A DNA stretch of 64,000 nucleotides from a virus. Lineage: Duplodnaviria; Heunggongvirae; Uroviricota; Caudoviricetes. The translations under genes were made by a program, and so were the position numbers. The notes beneath the pieces are model-generated. The model worked only from the letters and a program-made list of their open reading frames with translations, was not told the origin of the DNA and made no database searches. The DNA is taken from IMG/VR virus record IMGVR_UViG_3300021979_000001, positions 393,166 to 457,165 of that record. The stretch is one strand, 5' to 3'. Below are positions 10,801 to 20,451 of this stretch, one piece after another (the stretch's first letter is position 1; the number at the start of each line of letters is the position of its first letter).

Positions 10801-12279
10801 ACCAGTTGCCGTGACACTTTTAACCGTTCCGGTTGCGCCATTCAGCGTAATTGTTGCAGTCCCATTACTTTCGGTAACAGTTAATGCATCACCAACAATA
10901 TTCAGATTTTTGACATCCGTTCCGACTTGTGTCCCTTCTTCAAGCACAGTCAGTCCCGAAAACTGATTTTCCAGAATTCCGCTTGCATCAATGATAACAT
11001 CCGACTCGGATTCAGTAACATCGATACCACCAGTCCCAACAATACGACGGAATTGTAAATTTTGGCCGCTTTTTCCAAAGAATATATTTGCGGAACCATC
11101 ATCACTTTCAGAAAGATTTTCACCCGCTGTCACAATTGGATTTGGTGCCGCACTAGTAACACGACCTTTATTATCGACAACAATGGTAGGTGCAACATAT
11201 GTTCCAGCCGTAACACCGCTTGTCCCAAGCGCGACATTGAAACTACCACTACCAGTAATTGTGCTTCCCGTAACGACAACACCATCACTGCCGGTCAAAC
11301 CAACGCTCGATACCCCAGCAGACCCGTTAGTAACGGAAATCAACCGTCCTTGTGCGTCAACCGTAACATTTGCATTGGTATAAGACCCGGCAGTAACACC
11401 AGTATCCGTTAATCTGATTGCCAAAGTGCCAGTATCGGTTATTGGACCACCCGTAACAGATACGCCATGACTCCCCTGGGCAGCAACTTCTGTTACCCCG
11501 GTTGTCGAGACTGTAACTTCGTTTGCCGTTGAGGTGATGGTGGTGTTTCCAGAACCTTTAAGGGTCTTGAACTCCAACGCAGTTCCATTTTTAGTTGAGT
11601 ATACACCAACACCAGACCCAACATTTGCCCCCGTATTAATTTCACCAAGGGTGTTTGTTGACGCCGATGTAACGCGACCTTGTGCATCAATGGTAACAGT
11701 TGGTGCTGTGTAAGTTCCTGGGGTTACGCCGGTGCTTGACAGACCAATAGAGAGCGAACCAGACTGGGTAATTGGGCTTCCTGATACAACGACCCCATTC
11801 TGACCAGTTGCGCCAACAGATGTCACTGTTCCGCTTGTTTCTGGTGTCCACTCGAATGACGTTCCGTTCCATTTAAGGACAACATTTGCACTACTTGGTG
11901 CAGTAATAAAATCAAGTTCATCTTCCGACACCCCATAAAGGATTCCCTTCGGAATAATCGAAGCAGGGGCTTCAACAATCGATGAAAAATTAATAGTGTC
12001 TAATCCACCCACCGCTTTAATGGTGATAGTCGATCCATCTTCTGACAAAACGATGCCATCACCAGCGACGACTGATTTAAAATCCAGAACAACGTCGGAT
12101 GATCCGTTTGTTCCCATGAATAGGCCATACCCGACACCTAGATTGTGACCGGTGACTGATTTTACGCTAGGTTTTGCTGTCGTTGTTTCTGTTCCAGTGC
12201 TTGACGAACCCGAAGTTGTTCCTTCATATGTCACTTGTCCTGTCCCAGATGTAATACGACCATTTCCAATAGTTGGCAT
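7846..12279 (-). CDS. Long repeat-rich tail fibre protein
   Basis: 1477 aa built from three interleaved modules: TVTSV.A.G..G..V.G.PIT..G, GVT.GTY...TVD..GRVT.A and GE.NT..NVG.G.G....K....L.FKSL..G. Confidence 0.75.
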   Translation of the reverse strand: MPTIGNGRITSGTGQVTYEGTTSGSSSTGTETTTAKPSVKSVTGHNLGVGYGLFMGTNGSSDVVLDFKSVVAGDGIVLSEDGSTITIKAVGGLDTINFSSIVEAPASIIPKGILYGVSEDELDFITAPSSANVVLKWNGTSFEWTPETSGTVTSVGATGQNGVVVSGSPITQSGSLSIGLSSTGVTPGTYTAPTVTIDAQGRVTSASTNTLGEINTGANVGSGVGVYSTKNGTALEFKTLKGSGNTTITSTANEVTVSTTGVTEVAAQGSHGVSVTGGPITDTGTLAIRLTDTGVTAGSYTNANVTVDAQGRLISVTNGSAGVSSVGLTGSDGVVVTGSTITGSGSFNVALGTSGVTAGTYVAPTIVVDNKGRVTSAAPNPIVTAGENLSESDDGSANIFFGKSGQNLQFRRIVGTGGIDVTESESDVIIDASGILENQFSGLTVLEEGTQVGTDVKNLNIVGDALTVTESNGTATITLNGATGTVKSVTATGQNGVTVSGGPITTTGNFAIGLSATGVTSGTYHYPSVTVDSYGRVTAMQSNTISNVGSGATVYRTGTTPYQLRSIVAGDNIEITQDVTEIVISTPASVSSVGVTGTNGITVSGDTTITDSGSFNVSLSSTGVTPGTYNSLTVNAQGRVTAATVQPIGEANTASNVGTGGFGTYYQKSGTNLQFKSLVPGSGIGISDNGTTLTISAPSLGHTTTITAGAGMDVSSVDEDNDTNFTVALDQSGVTAGTYNIPTVTVDQYGRITEIVENPLDSGEVNVGVNDGSGVGVFKNKVNAELHFKSLLGGDVIELTETTNSIEIDAKTTGVTAGSYDIASITVDDYGRITYAASGPSPVYSVDAEGAGGISVTGGPITNTGTFTVTLDDTAVTPGTYNKVSVNQQGRVISATNVVYGDISNGRNLGDGTGIYAGKELDELQFKSIVAGDNITVTEDSETGEITITSTATVTGVGEVNTASNVSGGVGVFYQKTDADLEFKSLTGGDGVTITESNGVILIDALAGSATGTVTSVAATGSNGITVVGSPITESGTLSIGLANTGVTAGTYNRLTVNAQGRVTAATLVDYGTVHSVAASGYNGIEIAGSPITDTGEIEISLSETGVEAGTYNSVTVDPYGRITDATNENYGEINTASNVGTGAGIFKAKADVDLQFKSLVAGENITLVEGTNTITIDASGLAGTGTVTSVDAAGTSDVSVTGGPVTTEGTFIIGLTDTGVTGGTYNNVTVDAKGRVTAASNVSYLTANQTTTLSGDITGSGTTSIITSLSETGVTSGSYTNANVTVDSKGRITEISNGTGGSGGIAVQDEGTEVVSLADTLNFVGNGVTVTDEDGVTTVTVPGGSSNVEQNEFVVFRYSSGAGGTFDVADPVLTTSSGVEVNILDASNCIVEFNFTGHAFPPIAIAVMGHVTATNELVYTNVTTSFDTRKVLAGGTWDNTTYMGNFSRFTIQLRMMDTGAGAGFQQRAQCAIMFKF

Positions 12280-12333
12280 TTGGTATCCTCCAAATAAATT
12301 ACTTTTGTTCTATTTATTCCCAACCACGTTTAG

Positions 12334-12735
12334 TTAGAAACACAACACAATACGATTAATTGTCCCAAAAAGTGTAACTTCGCGCTCGCCCGCCATATCA
12401 TCCAAAATATATGATCGATCCAAGATTGCCCGCACCCAAAGATATTTTCCTTGGAACGTATATCCAACAGCATGTGTTTCATTCGGGATTGATGGATTTC
12501 TTGGAAATTCAATTGTATGATTGCCATCCAATGGAACGGAAAACCAATCAGTATCTAATGGTTCCAGGGCCAACGATGCTTCGATGCTTATTTTACCGTG
12601 CAACGCATTGGGGTAAATAACAACAGTATGCAATCCGTTGTGTCCATTATACCACCCGCCCGATTTAACAGGTTCGCCAACTACGTTTATTTCGTAGCCT
12701 GTATTGTTCATTAGAATGGAATTTGGTCGCTTCAT
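12334..12735 (-). CDS. Hypothetical late/virion protein
   Basis: 133-aa ORF preceded by TAAATA (12761-12767). Confidence 0.6.
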   Translation of the reverse strand: MKRPNSILMNNTGYEINVVGEPVKSGGWYNGHNGLHTVVIYPNALHGKISIEASLALEPLDTDWFSVPLDGNHTIEFPRNPSIPNETHAVGYTFQGKYLWVRAILDRSYILDDMAGEREVTLFGTINRIVLCF

Positions 12736-12839
12736 GACATCACTTCAAAGGGTTATGTCTTATTTATTATACCTTGACCCTAAATAACGCCTATGATAGC
12801 CTTTTTAAAAATTTTCGTTAACTACAAATTGAGATTGTA

Positions 12840-13577
12840 ATGTCATATGTTCACGAAGAATTACCAGTCCTGGATAATCCATACTTCGAAATTATAAAAT
12901 TTATTGAACCAATCTTGGATATGGAAACCGGGCCTTGGCTTGCCGGGGGTATGATGCGTAGATATTTATGCAATACTGATATATCAGAAGAATTTGATAT
13001 TGATATTTTTTGTGCCAATTCAAATAAAATGAATAGTGCATGTGATAAACTGAATAGTATAATCTGTAAAAATATAGATAATTTTGAAATCACCACATAT
13101 CGACATTTAAGTAAAAGTCATAATGCGTTAAGTCTTAATGTATGTAGTGGTGCATTTTATGAAATGGTCAACAGAACAAGACACAAATCAAATCGCAGAA
13201 AGGTAACCATTCAGTTTATTGATGCAAGCCGTTCATTGCATGATACTGAAAATGATATGGTCCCAAAAATATACGACACGAAGGACATCAACCCAACTCA
13301 TATTTTGGATCGATTTGATTTTACAATTTGTCAGTTTCTTACTGATGGCAAAACGTTGATGTCTGGGAAAACATCAAAACAAGATTTGTCCAATAATATG
13401 CTGGTGTTACACGAAATGAGGTATACCCGACCATCGCTTAATCGTGTTTCAAAATATATGAAAGCAGGATATATTGCACCACCAGGGACATTATCTACTG
13501 TATTTCGTCTGAATACCCCACTTGAAAAGAAGAATATTTATTGTGCTTCTGGTATTATCTTATATGGAAATTACTGA
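12840..13577 (+). CDS. Nucleotidyltransferase (tRNA CCA-adding/poly(A) polymerase head-like)
   Basis: GPWLAGGMMR...DIDIF (GG..R...DxD) and later DRFDFTIC (RDFT-like) motifs. Confidence 0.65.
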   Translation: MSYVHEELPVLDNPYFEIIKFIEPILDMETGPWLAGGMMRRYLCNTDISEEFDIDIFCANSNKMNSACDKLNSIICKNIDNFEITTYRHLSKSHNALSLNVCSGAFYEMVNRTRHKSNRRKVTIQFIDASRSLHDTENDMVPKIYDTKDINPTHILDRFDFTICQFLTDGKTLMSGKTSKQDLSNNMLVLHEMRYTRPSLNRVSKYMKAGYIAPPGTLSTVFRLNTPLEKKNIYCASGIILYGNY

Positions 13578-13578
13578 C

Positions 13579-14136
13579 ATGTTTAAAAATTTGTTCAATA
13601 AAAATCCCATAACAGAAACAGTTGATATTAAAAAATCAACATTACAAGAATACGAAAATAAACCCAAATTTGATTTTAATTGTATTACCTATGATATTAT
13701 TAAACCATATCTTACCATGTCTATTCTGGTTGAGTATCCGATAATAGCGTGTGTTATGCATGATAACATCATTATGCCACTCGTTTTTTCTCGGGGTGTT
13801 GTGGTTACCTACCCAGACTATATCGCGTTGTTATCATACGTCACCGGGCCAGCATCTACTATGAATGAATCGCTAGTTGCTATTGAAAAAATTATTGGTG
13901 TTCAGTCAAAACGTTTGATGTCTATCGCGCTCAACAATAGGCAACTAGCATCACAAATTGGTAACACGAGATTGTTTATCATCAACAAGAATGTTTATGA
14001 CTCGTTGATAAACAATATCAACGAGTCAATTCGTAATAATAAAGATGATAATATAGTTTTAGATAATTTCATTAATTACATTAAACACATCGAAAATCAA
14101 TACAAGATAGCATGGGATGAACCACTAAAAATTTAA
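13579..14136 (+). CDS. Hypothetical protein
   Basis: ATG 1 nt after the previous stop (MFKNLF...); followed by a terminator. Confidence 0.6.
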   Translation: MFKNLFNKNPITETVDIKKSTLQEYENKPKFDFNCITYDIIKPYLTMSILVEYPIIACVMHDNIIMPLVFSRGVVVTYPDYIALLSYVTGPASTMNESLVAIEKIIGVQSKRLMSIALNNRQLASQIGNTRLFIINKNVYDSLINNINESIRNNKDDNIVLDNFINYIKHIENQYKIAWDEPLKI

Positions 14137-14164
14137 GAAGGGGGGTTGCCCCCTCTTTTTTTTT
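14136..14164. terminator. Terminator between convergent genes
   Basis: AAGAAGGGGG-GTTG-CCCCCTCTT hairpin plus long T-run. Confidence 0.7.
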
Positions 14165-15212
14165 AAAATGACGCAACCATTACTTTTTCACTGACCCATT
14201 TTTTAAATGTTCCATCCGAAAACTTAACAGAATGGAATGTTAACGGGTATTGTATAAAAAAATTACCAAGATGTGATGTTTTGAATACTACCGAGTTAAC
14301 TGCGGAAAAATAACTTCCATCAGCAAAATCAAAATGGATGATACCTTCAAGGCCGATCATGTTGTTGTTTACTTTATTTAACTTGGCAGATACCAGATTA
14401 TTTTTTTTATCAATAATCCCAACCAATTTCTTCAAATTTTTCAAAATAAATTTATTGCGAATATCATCTGCCACTTCACTAGCAAACTTGTTAACAATGT
14501 CATCAACATCCGACTTAATTGTGATGTCGCTATTCATTGTATAGCCAACCCGAGTGGTAACTTTACTGACTATAATAAGCGCTATCTGGTTCGAAGATTT
14601 TCCTTCCGGTCCATACATCATCTGTGGCGTAAATGATTTCCCAGTCGTATTTTTTTCCTGGGTATATTCATTTTTCCATGTGCTGATATACTGGTTCAAT
14701 TGGAAAATTAACGATTTAACAATATTATCGTAACTTTCTTCTGTGATCTGGTTAAGTAGGTCTTTAACCATTTTCATATCACCAGACCGACTAACCGGTG
14801 CCAATGCCGCTTGTGCTGCCTTAGACATCGGTTTGGGTTTCGCCCCAACAAGTGGTTTGACTTCCTCGGCCAGAACGAAATATGGAATGAAAATCGAAAA
14901 AAAATCAGCAATAATATTGCGTGCTTCAACTGGAATGTCCAAGTTATCGATAGTTTTTTTCTTCGATTTATAATGGGCAACCGTTGGGCGGGCCATCGCC
15001 ACTGTAAACGAGTGATTTCCAAGAAGGTTATACATGTCATACTTATCAAACATGGCGGTCCATGCTCGATCAACAATATTATCGATATTTTTCTTGTTTT
15101 CCTGGTAATGAGCCTTGATAATCGTTTCGTCAACTTTTGCCTGTTCTAATTTGGCACGAGCCGCGCCCAACTTTTCGATTTGAAGATCAGAAATGAGATC
15201 AGTAATAAGCAT
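14163..15212 (-). CDS. Hypothetical phage protein
   Basis: 349-aa ORF; AATAACTA late-promoter variant upstream; no recognisable catalytic motif. Confidence 0.65.
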   Translation of the reverse strand: MLITDLISDLQIEKLGAARAKLEQAKVDETIIKAHYQENKKNIDNIVDRAWTAMFDKYDMYNLLGNHSFTVAMARPTVAHYKSKKKTIDNLDIPVEARNIIADFFSIFIPYFVLAEEVKPLVGAKPKPMSKAAQAALAPVSRSGDMKMVKDLLNQITEESYDNIVKSLIFQLNQYISTWKNEYTQEKNTTGKSFTPQMMYGPEGKSSNQIALIIVSKVTTRVGYTMNSDITIKSDVDDIVNKFASEVADDIRNKFILKNLKKLVGIIDKKNNLVSAKLNKVNNNMIGLEGIIHFDFADGSYFSAVNSVVFKTSHLGNFFIQYPLTFHSVKFSDGTFKKWVSEKVMVASF

Positions 15213-15279
15213 TTTATAATACCCATAATATTATAGTTATTAAAATATAGTGGTCATGTTTAATTTAATCAACAAAAAA

Positions 15280-15308
15280 ACGATAGAGATCGTTAAATCT
15301 CTATCGTG
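15280..15308 (-). terminator. Rho-independent terminator
   Basis: ACGATAGAGAT/ATCTCTATCGT stem with an A-run on its left (T-run on minus), immediately after the 15314 stop. Confidence 0.75.
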
Positions 15309-15313
15309 TTTAT

Positions 15314-16144
15314 TTAAGCCAATACAATCGAAGCGTCTGAATCACTTTCGACTGTTCCATTTTCATTCCATACATAACTCACGTCATCGAACGTATACAG
15401 ACGAAATGTATGAATCATGCGAACAGCTTTGACAATTGATGCACCAGTAATTGTAACTGTTGGAATAGAAGTATACCCACTACCGGCATTGGTAACAGTA
15501 ATGCTATCAACCATTCCTTCTTCACGAGAAGATGTTGCGGTTGCATTACCACTAACCGTAACAGCAGGATTGGATGCATAGCCATCCCCACCATTATCAA
15601 CTACAATACGCACCACTTCCCAGGCAGTCGCCGTGACTGTTGCGCCAGTTCCGGTGCCCGATGTTGCATTTACTGCATCTTCTGGGTCTGTTAAAACGCC
15701 ATACATGCCCGCTTGCGTGACTTCCAGCCCGGTGATAGCACCAGACCCGTCAACGCTTGTCACGGTCAATATAACGGCCTGCAAACCACTACCTGTGCTG
15801 AATGACAGGGTATCACTTACATCATAACCAACACCACCAGAAACAACACTAACCGCAGTAACCCCCATCAGGGCATGCGCGGTAGCCCCATTGCCTTCCT
15901 TGGTAAATAATGTTGCTTCAATTACGGCATCCCCAGCATCGGAAACTTCTGGTTTCAAAGTCACGATGCCTGATGCTTCGGTTGATGTGTTAACCACTTT
16001 ATACGTCGCCACACCCATCTGTTGAATGATGATTGACGTTGTATTCGATTCTTCTTCGCCTGGAATCCAGCATTCGGTTATCTTAACCTGTTTTCCGGCA
16101 TCTGTTGTTGAACCAAAGTAACGAGTATTTAACGGTCGCCCCAT
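15314..16144 (-). CDS. Virion structural protein with V.SITVTN.GSGY...PTVT repeats
   Basis: Repeats VSVVSGGVGY, LEVTQAGMY, IVVDNGGDGYASNPAVTV, ITVTNAGSGYTSIPTVTI, typical of large-phage tail/baseplate proteins; SD and TAAATA upstream. Confidence 0.7.
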   Translation of the reverse strand: MGRPLNTRYFGSTTDAGKQVKITECWIPGEEESNTTSIIIQQMGVATYKVVNTSTEASGIVTLKPEVSDAGDAVIEATLFTKEGNGATAHALMGVTAVSVVSGGVGYDVSDTLSFSTGSGLQAVILTVTSVDGSGAITGLEVTQAGMYGVLTDPEDAVNATSGTGTGATVTATAWEVVRIVVDNGGDGYASNPAVTVSGNATATSSREEGMVDSITVTNAGSGYTSIPTVTITGASIVKAVRMIHTFRLYTFDDVSYVWNENGTVESDSDASIVLA

Positions 16145-16209
16145 TGATTTTCTCCTTAAAGAAAGTATTTATCTGATTTATCATTTTCTTAAGGACAACC
16201 GTTTAATTG

Positions 16210-16689
16210 TTAATTCTGCAATAAAAACAGAACAAGGTCTTCATTTGATACTGGTAATTTTAACACGTTGTTAAGGGATCGTGATCTAACTGTTTTTTTA
16301 CTAGGTCTGGTCCGTGATTTTTCAGATATTGAAATCGCAATTAACCCACTTGGGTATATAGTTACGACCTTTCCGATAATCGATATGATTGGCCCGGACG
16401 TTCCACTTTTATATGAATAATATACCATGTCACCAACCCATACGGACCGTTTCATAGCATCTTGCACATCATCTTCGACTATTTCACCATTCACATACGG
16501 ATATATATATTTCATATCCATCTTACAAGAGGGTATGTTTGTATCATCAGGGGTAAAATATACTTTAGAATCAAACGTTTCACGCTTACATTTACCCAAC
16601 AATCCATCATGATTGTGTCCATCATGAACAATAATAAATGTAGTATGCGGATCACGTTCAATGATATTTTTAAATTTTGTTAATAACAC
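16210..16689 (-). CDS. Hypothetical protein
   Basis: 159-aa ORF in a minus-strand run. Confidence 0.55.
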   Translation of the reverse strand: MLLTKFKNIIERDPHTTFIIVHDGHNHDGLLGKCKRETFDSKVYFTPDDTNIPSCKMDMKYIYPYVNGEIVEDDVQDAMKRSVWVGDMVYYSYKSGTSGPIISIIGKVVTIYPSGLIAISISEKSRTRPSKKTVRSRSLNNVLKLPVSNEDLVLFLLQN

Positions 16690-16702
16690 GTTGCTGTTTA
16701 TC

Positions 16703-16972
16703 CTATTCCGGCAATTTTGATTTTAACTCGGCAATGGATTTTTCTGCATCACGCAATCGATCAATTGCAATTTTTACCGTAGTTTCCAAATCGGCTAACT
16801 GCAATTTTAACAAATTGTTAACACCATCAACCGAATTTTGGTTTTGTTTAGATAACTCATATAATCGTTTATACTCCGAAGCTACGTTATTCGCAGCTTG
16901 CAACTTTTCTTCGTATTCACGTGTTATTTTTTTAACGAACTGGTTTCCACCCATATCATAAATATCAGCCAT
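16703..16972 (-). CDS. Small coiled-coil hypothetical protein
   Basis: Start reassigned to MADIYDMGG, overlapping the end of the upstream gene; heptad-like helix. Confidence 0.55.
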   Translation of the reverse strand: MADIYDMGGNQFVKKITREYEEKLQAANNVASEYKRLYELSKQNQNSVDGVNNLLKLQLADLETTVKIAIDRLRDAEKSIAELKSKLPE

Positions 16973-17342
16973 TTTTTGCCGCCCGCAATTGTTTTTTACG
17001 ACCAGGACGACGACCACGGCGACGACCCGATGACAATGCATCACCCGAGACATTAAGATTGTATACTGCCGCGAACCGATCTAAATCCATACCATCAATG
17101 GCAACAATTGCATCATTAATAATACGTCTGTGCTTCCCGGTATCAACATCGGAGACATCCAGGATATATCTGTTGTTTGTATGATCTTCGGTGATACGCA
17201 GTAAGTTGAAATTACCAACCGACTTAAAATTGATCATGCCACTCATATCGACTGCTCGATAATGTGCGCTAATTTCAATCACCCGGTTAAATACGTCTTT
17301 ACTAATTAACTTTTTCATCAATTTTGCATTCATAGAAATCAT
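16965..17342 (-). CDS. Hypothetical protein with basic C-terminal tail (GRRRGRRPGRKK)
   Basis: 125 aa; AIDGMDLDRFAAVYNL followed by an AT-hook-like RGRRP tail. Confidence 0.6.
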   Translation of the reverse strand: MISMNAKLMKKLISKDVFNRVIEISAHYRAVDMSGMINFKSVGNFNLLRITEDHTNNRYILDVSDVDTGKHRRIINDAIVAIDGMDLDRFAAVYNLNVSGDALSSGRRRGRRPGRKKQLRAAKNG

Positions 17343-17527
17343 CCATTATTTTAAAAGTGTGACTTCCATGATTTTGAACATTATTTTTTTCCGCATTCAT
17401 CGTTTTACCGATATGTAAACTACTATAGTAGTTAGTGGGACCATATTACTGAAAAAATAAATAATATCCAAACCATGAAATTAGTTTTAATTTTGAAATG
17501 TTTACGATCTGTTCTTTTTCAGACCGG

Positions 17528-17560
17528 TTAAAAGGCCGGGAACGATACCCGGCCTTTTAA
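17528..17560 (-). terminator. Terminator after clpA
   Basis: TTAAAAGGCCGGG/CCCGGCCTTTTAA 13-bp inverted repeat. Confidence 0.8.
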
Positions 17561-17570
17561 TTCATGTCAT

Positions 17571-19832
17571 TTAGACGAGGATAATATCCCCATCTTTAAC
17601 ATCAACCGTGCAATCACCGCCATGTTCCAGATTTCCCATGATCATTTTCCGTGCCAACGGCGTTTTGATCGCATCGTTGATGACACGGGACATCGGACGC
17701 GCACCATAATCTGGATCAAACCCTTTGTCCGAAAGCCATTTCTTCGCATCCGGGGTGATTGTCAAATTGACATCGTTTTCTTTTGCATGGGCAACAACCT
17801 TAGCAAAAAACTTATCAACAATCATCAGCATCGTATCTTTTTCCAGACGATTGAAGACGATCACCTTATCAATCCGGTTGCGGAACTCCGGTGCATATTT
17901 CTTTTCAATCGCCGACTTTGCCGCTGTTGCCACATCAATTTGATGTCCCGAGCCGAATCCCAAGGGTTTCTTGCTCATTTCAAACGCACCGGTGTTGGTG
18001 GTCATGACAAGCACGGTATGTGAAAAGTCAATCGTTTTACCTTTTGTATTGGTAAGACGACCACCGTCCATCACCTGCAACAACAGGGTGAAAATATCGG
18101 GATGGGCTTTTTCAATTTCATCAAGGAGGATGACGCAGTGTGGGTTTTTTTCAACCTCACTGGTAAGTTTTCCACTCCCACTTGCTTCATCATACCCGAC
18201 GTAGCCAGGCGGAACACCGATCAACCGCGAAATTGAATGTTTTTCTTGGTATTCGGACATATCAAACCGCAACAGTTTAAGCCCAAGTGTTTCGGCAAGC
18301 TGTTTGGTTGCTTCTGTTTTCCCAACACCGGTGGGGCCAGCAAACATGAAACAACCCAAGGGTTGGTCATGGTCCCGCAACCCAGCACGGGCAACAATCG
18401 TTGCATCAACAAGATTTGAGATTGCGGTGTCTTGCCCGAAAACGACTTTTTTCAAGTCATCTTCCAACGTTAAGATTTTCTCCCGTTCACCTTCTGTGAT
18501 CATCTTTGCAGGAATGTTGGCAATTCGCGCAACTTCTGCCTGGATGTCGGCCAACGTGATTACTTTATCTGACCGATCAGACAGAGAAATTTCAGCCCCG
18601 ACTTCATCCATAACGTCAATGGCCTTATCAGGCAAATGTTTATTGACAATATGTCGGGTTGCCAATGACACCGCCGCATGAACCGCCTCGTCCGAATATT
18701 TGACATTGTGGAAATCCTCATAGTAGGGTTTAAGCCCCATCAGGATTTCAACCGTGTCGTCATAGTTCGTTTCTTCAATGGTCAGTTTCTTGAACCGACG
18801 AGCCAGCGCGGCGTCTTTTTCAACATGAAGGGTATATTCATCATGCGTCGTTGCACCGATACAACGGATCGTGCCATTGGCAAGGCCAGGTTTCAAGATA
18901 TTGGCAACGTCAAGTGCTGATCCGCCGCCAGACCCGGCACCAAGCATCGTGTGAATTTCATCAATGAAGATAATCGAATCGGGTAGAATTGCCAATGACT
19001 CTGCAATCTGCTTGACACGTTCCTCCATTTCACCACGATATTTTGTTCCGGCAATCAACGAACCCATGTCCAGCGACCAGATTTGTTTGGTTGATATGCT
19101 GCTTGGCACATCACCATTCACGATCTTCATCGCCAATCCTTCTGCTACCGCAGTTTTACCCACGCCCGGTTCACCAACCAACATAACATTGGATTTCTTT
19201 TTCAGGTGGAGGATTTTAACCAGCCGGTCAATTTCGGTTGAACGACCGATCAATGGATCGATCTTTCCAACGGGCATTTCATTCAGATTTTTGCAATATT
19301 TACGCAGACATTTGTCAGCTTCATCCGGCGATGTGATACTTTTCGCCGCACCACCGATACCTTCGGCCAGTTCTTTTTCGCGACGATCCAGATTCAACGC
19401 AGACTGCATTGCCGCAAGATCAATCCCCATATCCGATAGCATTTTCATGCCGACTTCATCGGAGATCATATGTGGCGTTTGATCAATGATATAGGTGATG
19501 CCCAAGATCAAGTCTGCGCCAGTGCAATCGGAACGACCCCGCAGCGCCCCATTTCCAACAACATATTGGATAAGGTCTTTCGCGCCCTTGTTTTGTTTCA
19601 CTTCACCGTAATGGGAAGTGGGAATTTGACAATAATGATCATCAATATTCGAGATCATCTCGTCGATGTCGTCATCCGTGATTTCGGGATTTGCCGCTTT
19701 AATGCTGGCACGAGCATCGTCATCATCCAATGCTGACAGCAAAAAATGATCGAGATTCACGAACTTAGATTTATAATGTGCTGCATATTTAAATGCAGCG
19801 TCCACCAATCCTTGAATTTTTTCGTGCGACAT
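17571..19832 (-). CDS. clpA: ATP-dependent Clp protease ATP-binding subunit ClpA-like (Hsp100)
   Basis: Clp-N domain; two AAA+ modules (GEPGVGKT/IFIDEIH and GPTGVGKT/LLDEIEKAHP); no ClpB middle domain; LGF ClpP-docking loop; GARP sensor. Confidence 0.92.
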   Translation of the reverse strand: MSHEKIQGLVDAAFKYAAHYKSKFVNLDHFLLSALDDDDARASIKAANPEITDDDIDEMISNIDDHYCQIPTSHYGEVKQNKGAKDLIQYVVGNGALRGRSDCTGADLILGITYIIDQTPHMISDEVGMKMLSDMGIDLAAMQSALNLDRREKELAEGIGGAAKSITSPDEADKCLRKYCKNLNEMPVGKIDPLIGRSTEIDRLVKILHLKKKSNVMLVGEPGVGKTAVAEGLAMKIVNGDVPSSISTKQIWSLDMGSLIAGTKYRGEMEERVKQIAESLAILPDSIIFIDEIHTMLGAGSGGGSALDVANILKPGLANGTIRCIGATTHDEYTLHVEKDAALARRFKKLTIEETNYDDTVEILMGLKPYYEDFHNVKYSDEAVHAAVSLATRHIVNKHLPDKAIDVMDEVGAEISLSDRSDKVITLADIQAEVARIANIPAKMITEGEREKILTLEDDLKKVVFGQDTAISNLVDATIVARAGLRDHDQPLGCFMFAGPTGVGKTEATKQLAETLGLKLLRFDMSEYQEKHSISRLIGVPPGYVGYDEASGSGKLTSEVEKNPHCVILLDEIEKAHPDIFTLLLQVMDGGRLTNTKGKTIDFSHTVLVMTTNTGAFEMSKKPLGFGSGHQIDVATAAKSAIEKKYAPEFRNRIDKVIVFNRLEKDTMLMIVDKFFAKVVAHAKENDVNLTITPDAKKWLSDKGFDPDYGARPMSRVINDAIKTPLARKMIMGNLEHGGDCTVDVKDGDIILV

Positions 19833-19923
19833 TGGTTATCCTTTAATTAACGATAATTAACGATGCTATTCTAGCACAAAATCACCAGCACACAATAGAT
19901 AAATGATTAATTATTGTGTGCTA

Positions 19924-20364
19924 CTATTTTTCAGGATGCCATCCCATTCCCTTGCGAACGATGTCATTGACTTTTTCAATACCATCGTTCTTGACTTTTT
20001 GGCATAAGGCAACATCCGCATCCGCCACATGATAGGCAAGATATTCAGAATACCAATACAATTCAATATCGATTTTATTCCGAATAGCTTCTGCTTCGGA
20101 CCATTCCAAAACCCCACCAATTGATTTTTCTTGATCAAACAGATAAGCATTGGCCGCCGAGATGTAACGACCAAGTTCGTTATATGTTTCGGCACATACA
20201 TCGCGTCCCTGAATATCTACAGGCTTGCGATTAATGGGAGCAACATCGGTGCTTGCCATCGCATCAGAAACGCAAAACATCCCCATCACGATACCAAGTG
20301 AGAGGACACGAAGGACCGGTTTCATGCGCAACACTTTTGAAAAAGTCATTTCACATTTTGTCAT
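19924..20364 (-). CDS. Hypothetical exported protein
   Basis: Signal-peptide-like N-terminus (VLSLGIVMGMFCVSDAMA). Confidence 0.55.
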   Translation of the reverse strand: MTKCEMTFSKVLRMKPVLRVLSLGIVMGMFCVSDAMASTDVAPINRKPVDIQGRDVCAETYNELGRYISAANAYLFDQEKSIGGVLEWSEAEAIRNKIDIELYWYSEYLAYHVADADVALCQKVKNDGIEKVNDIVRKGMGWHPEK

Positions 20365-20451
20365 ACCGTCCTCCTAAATTTTGGTCGTCTATATTTTCTA
20401 GTTCATTCATACCCGTTTTACGACGATTTGACAAGCAGAAAAACACAAAAA

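Noticed and set aside
2195-19736. Numerous short antisense or alternative-frame ORFs within tail genes and clpA
   Set aside because: Codon-bias shadows of long, motif-supported genes
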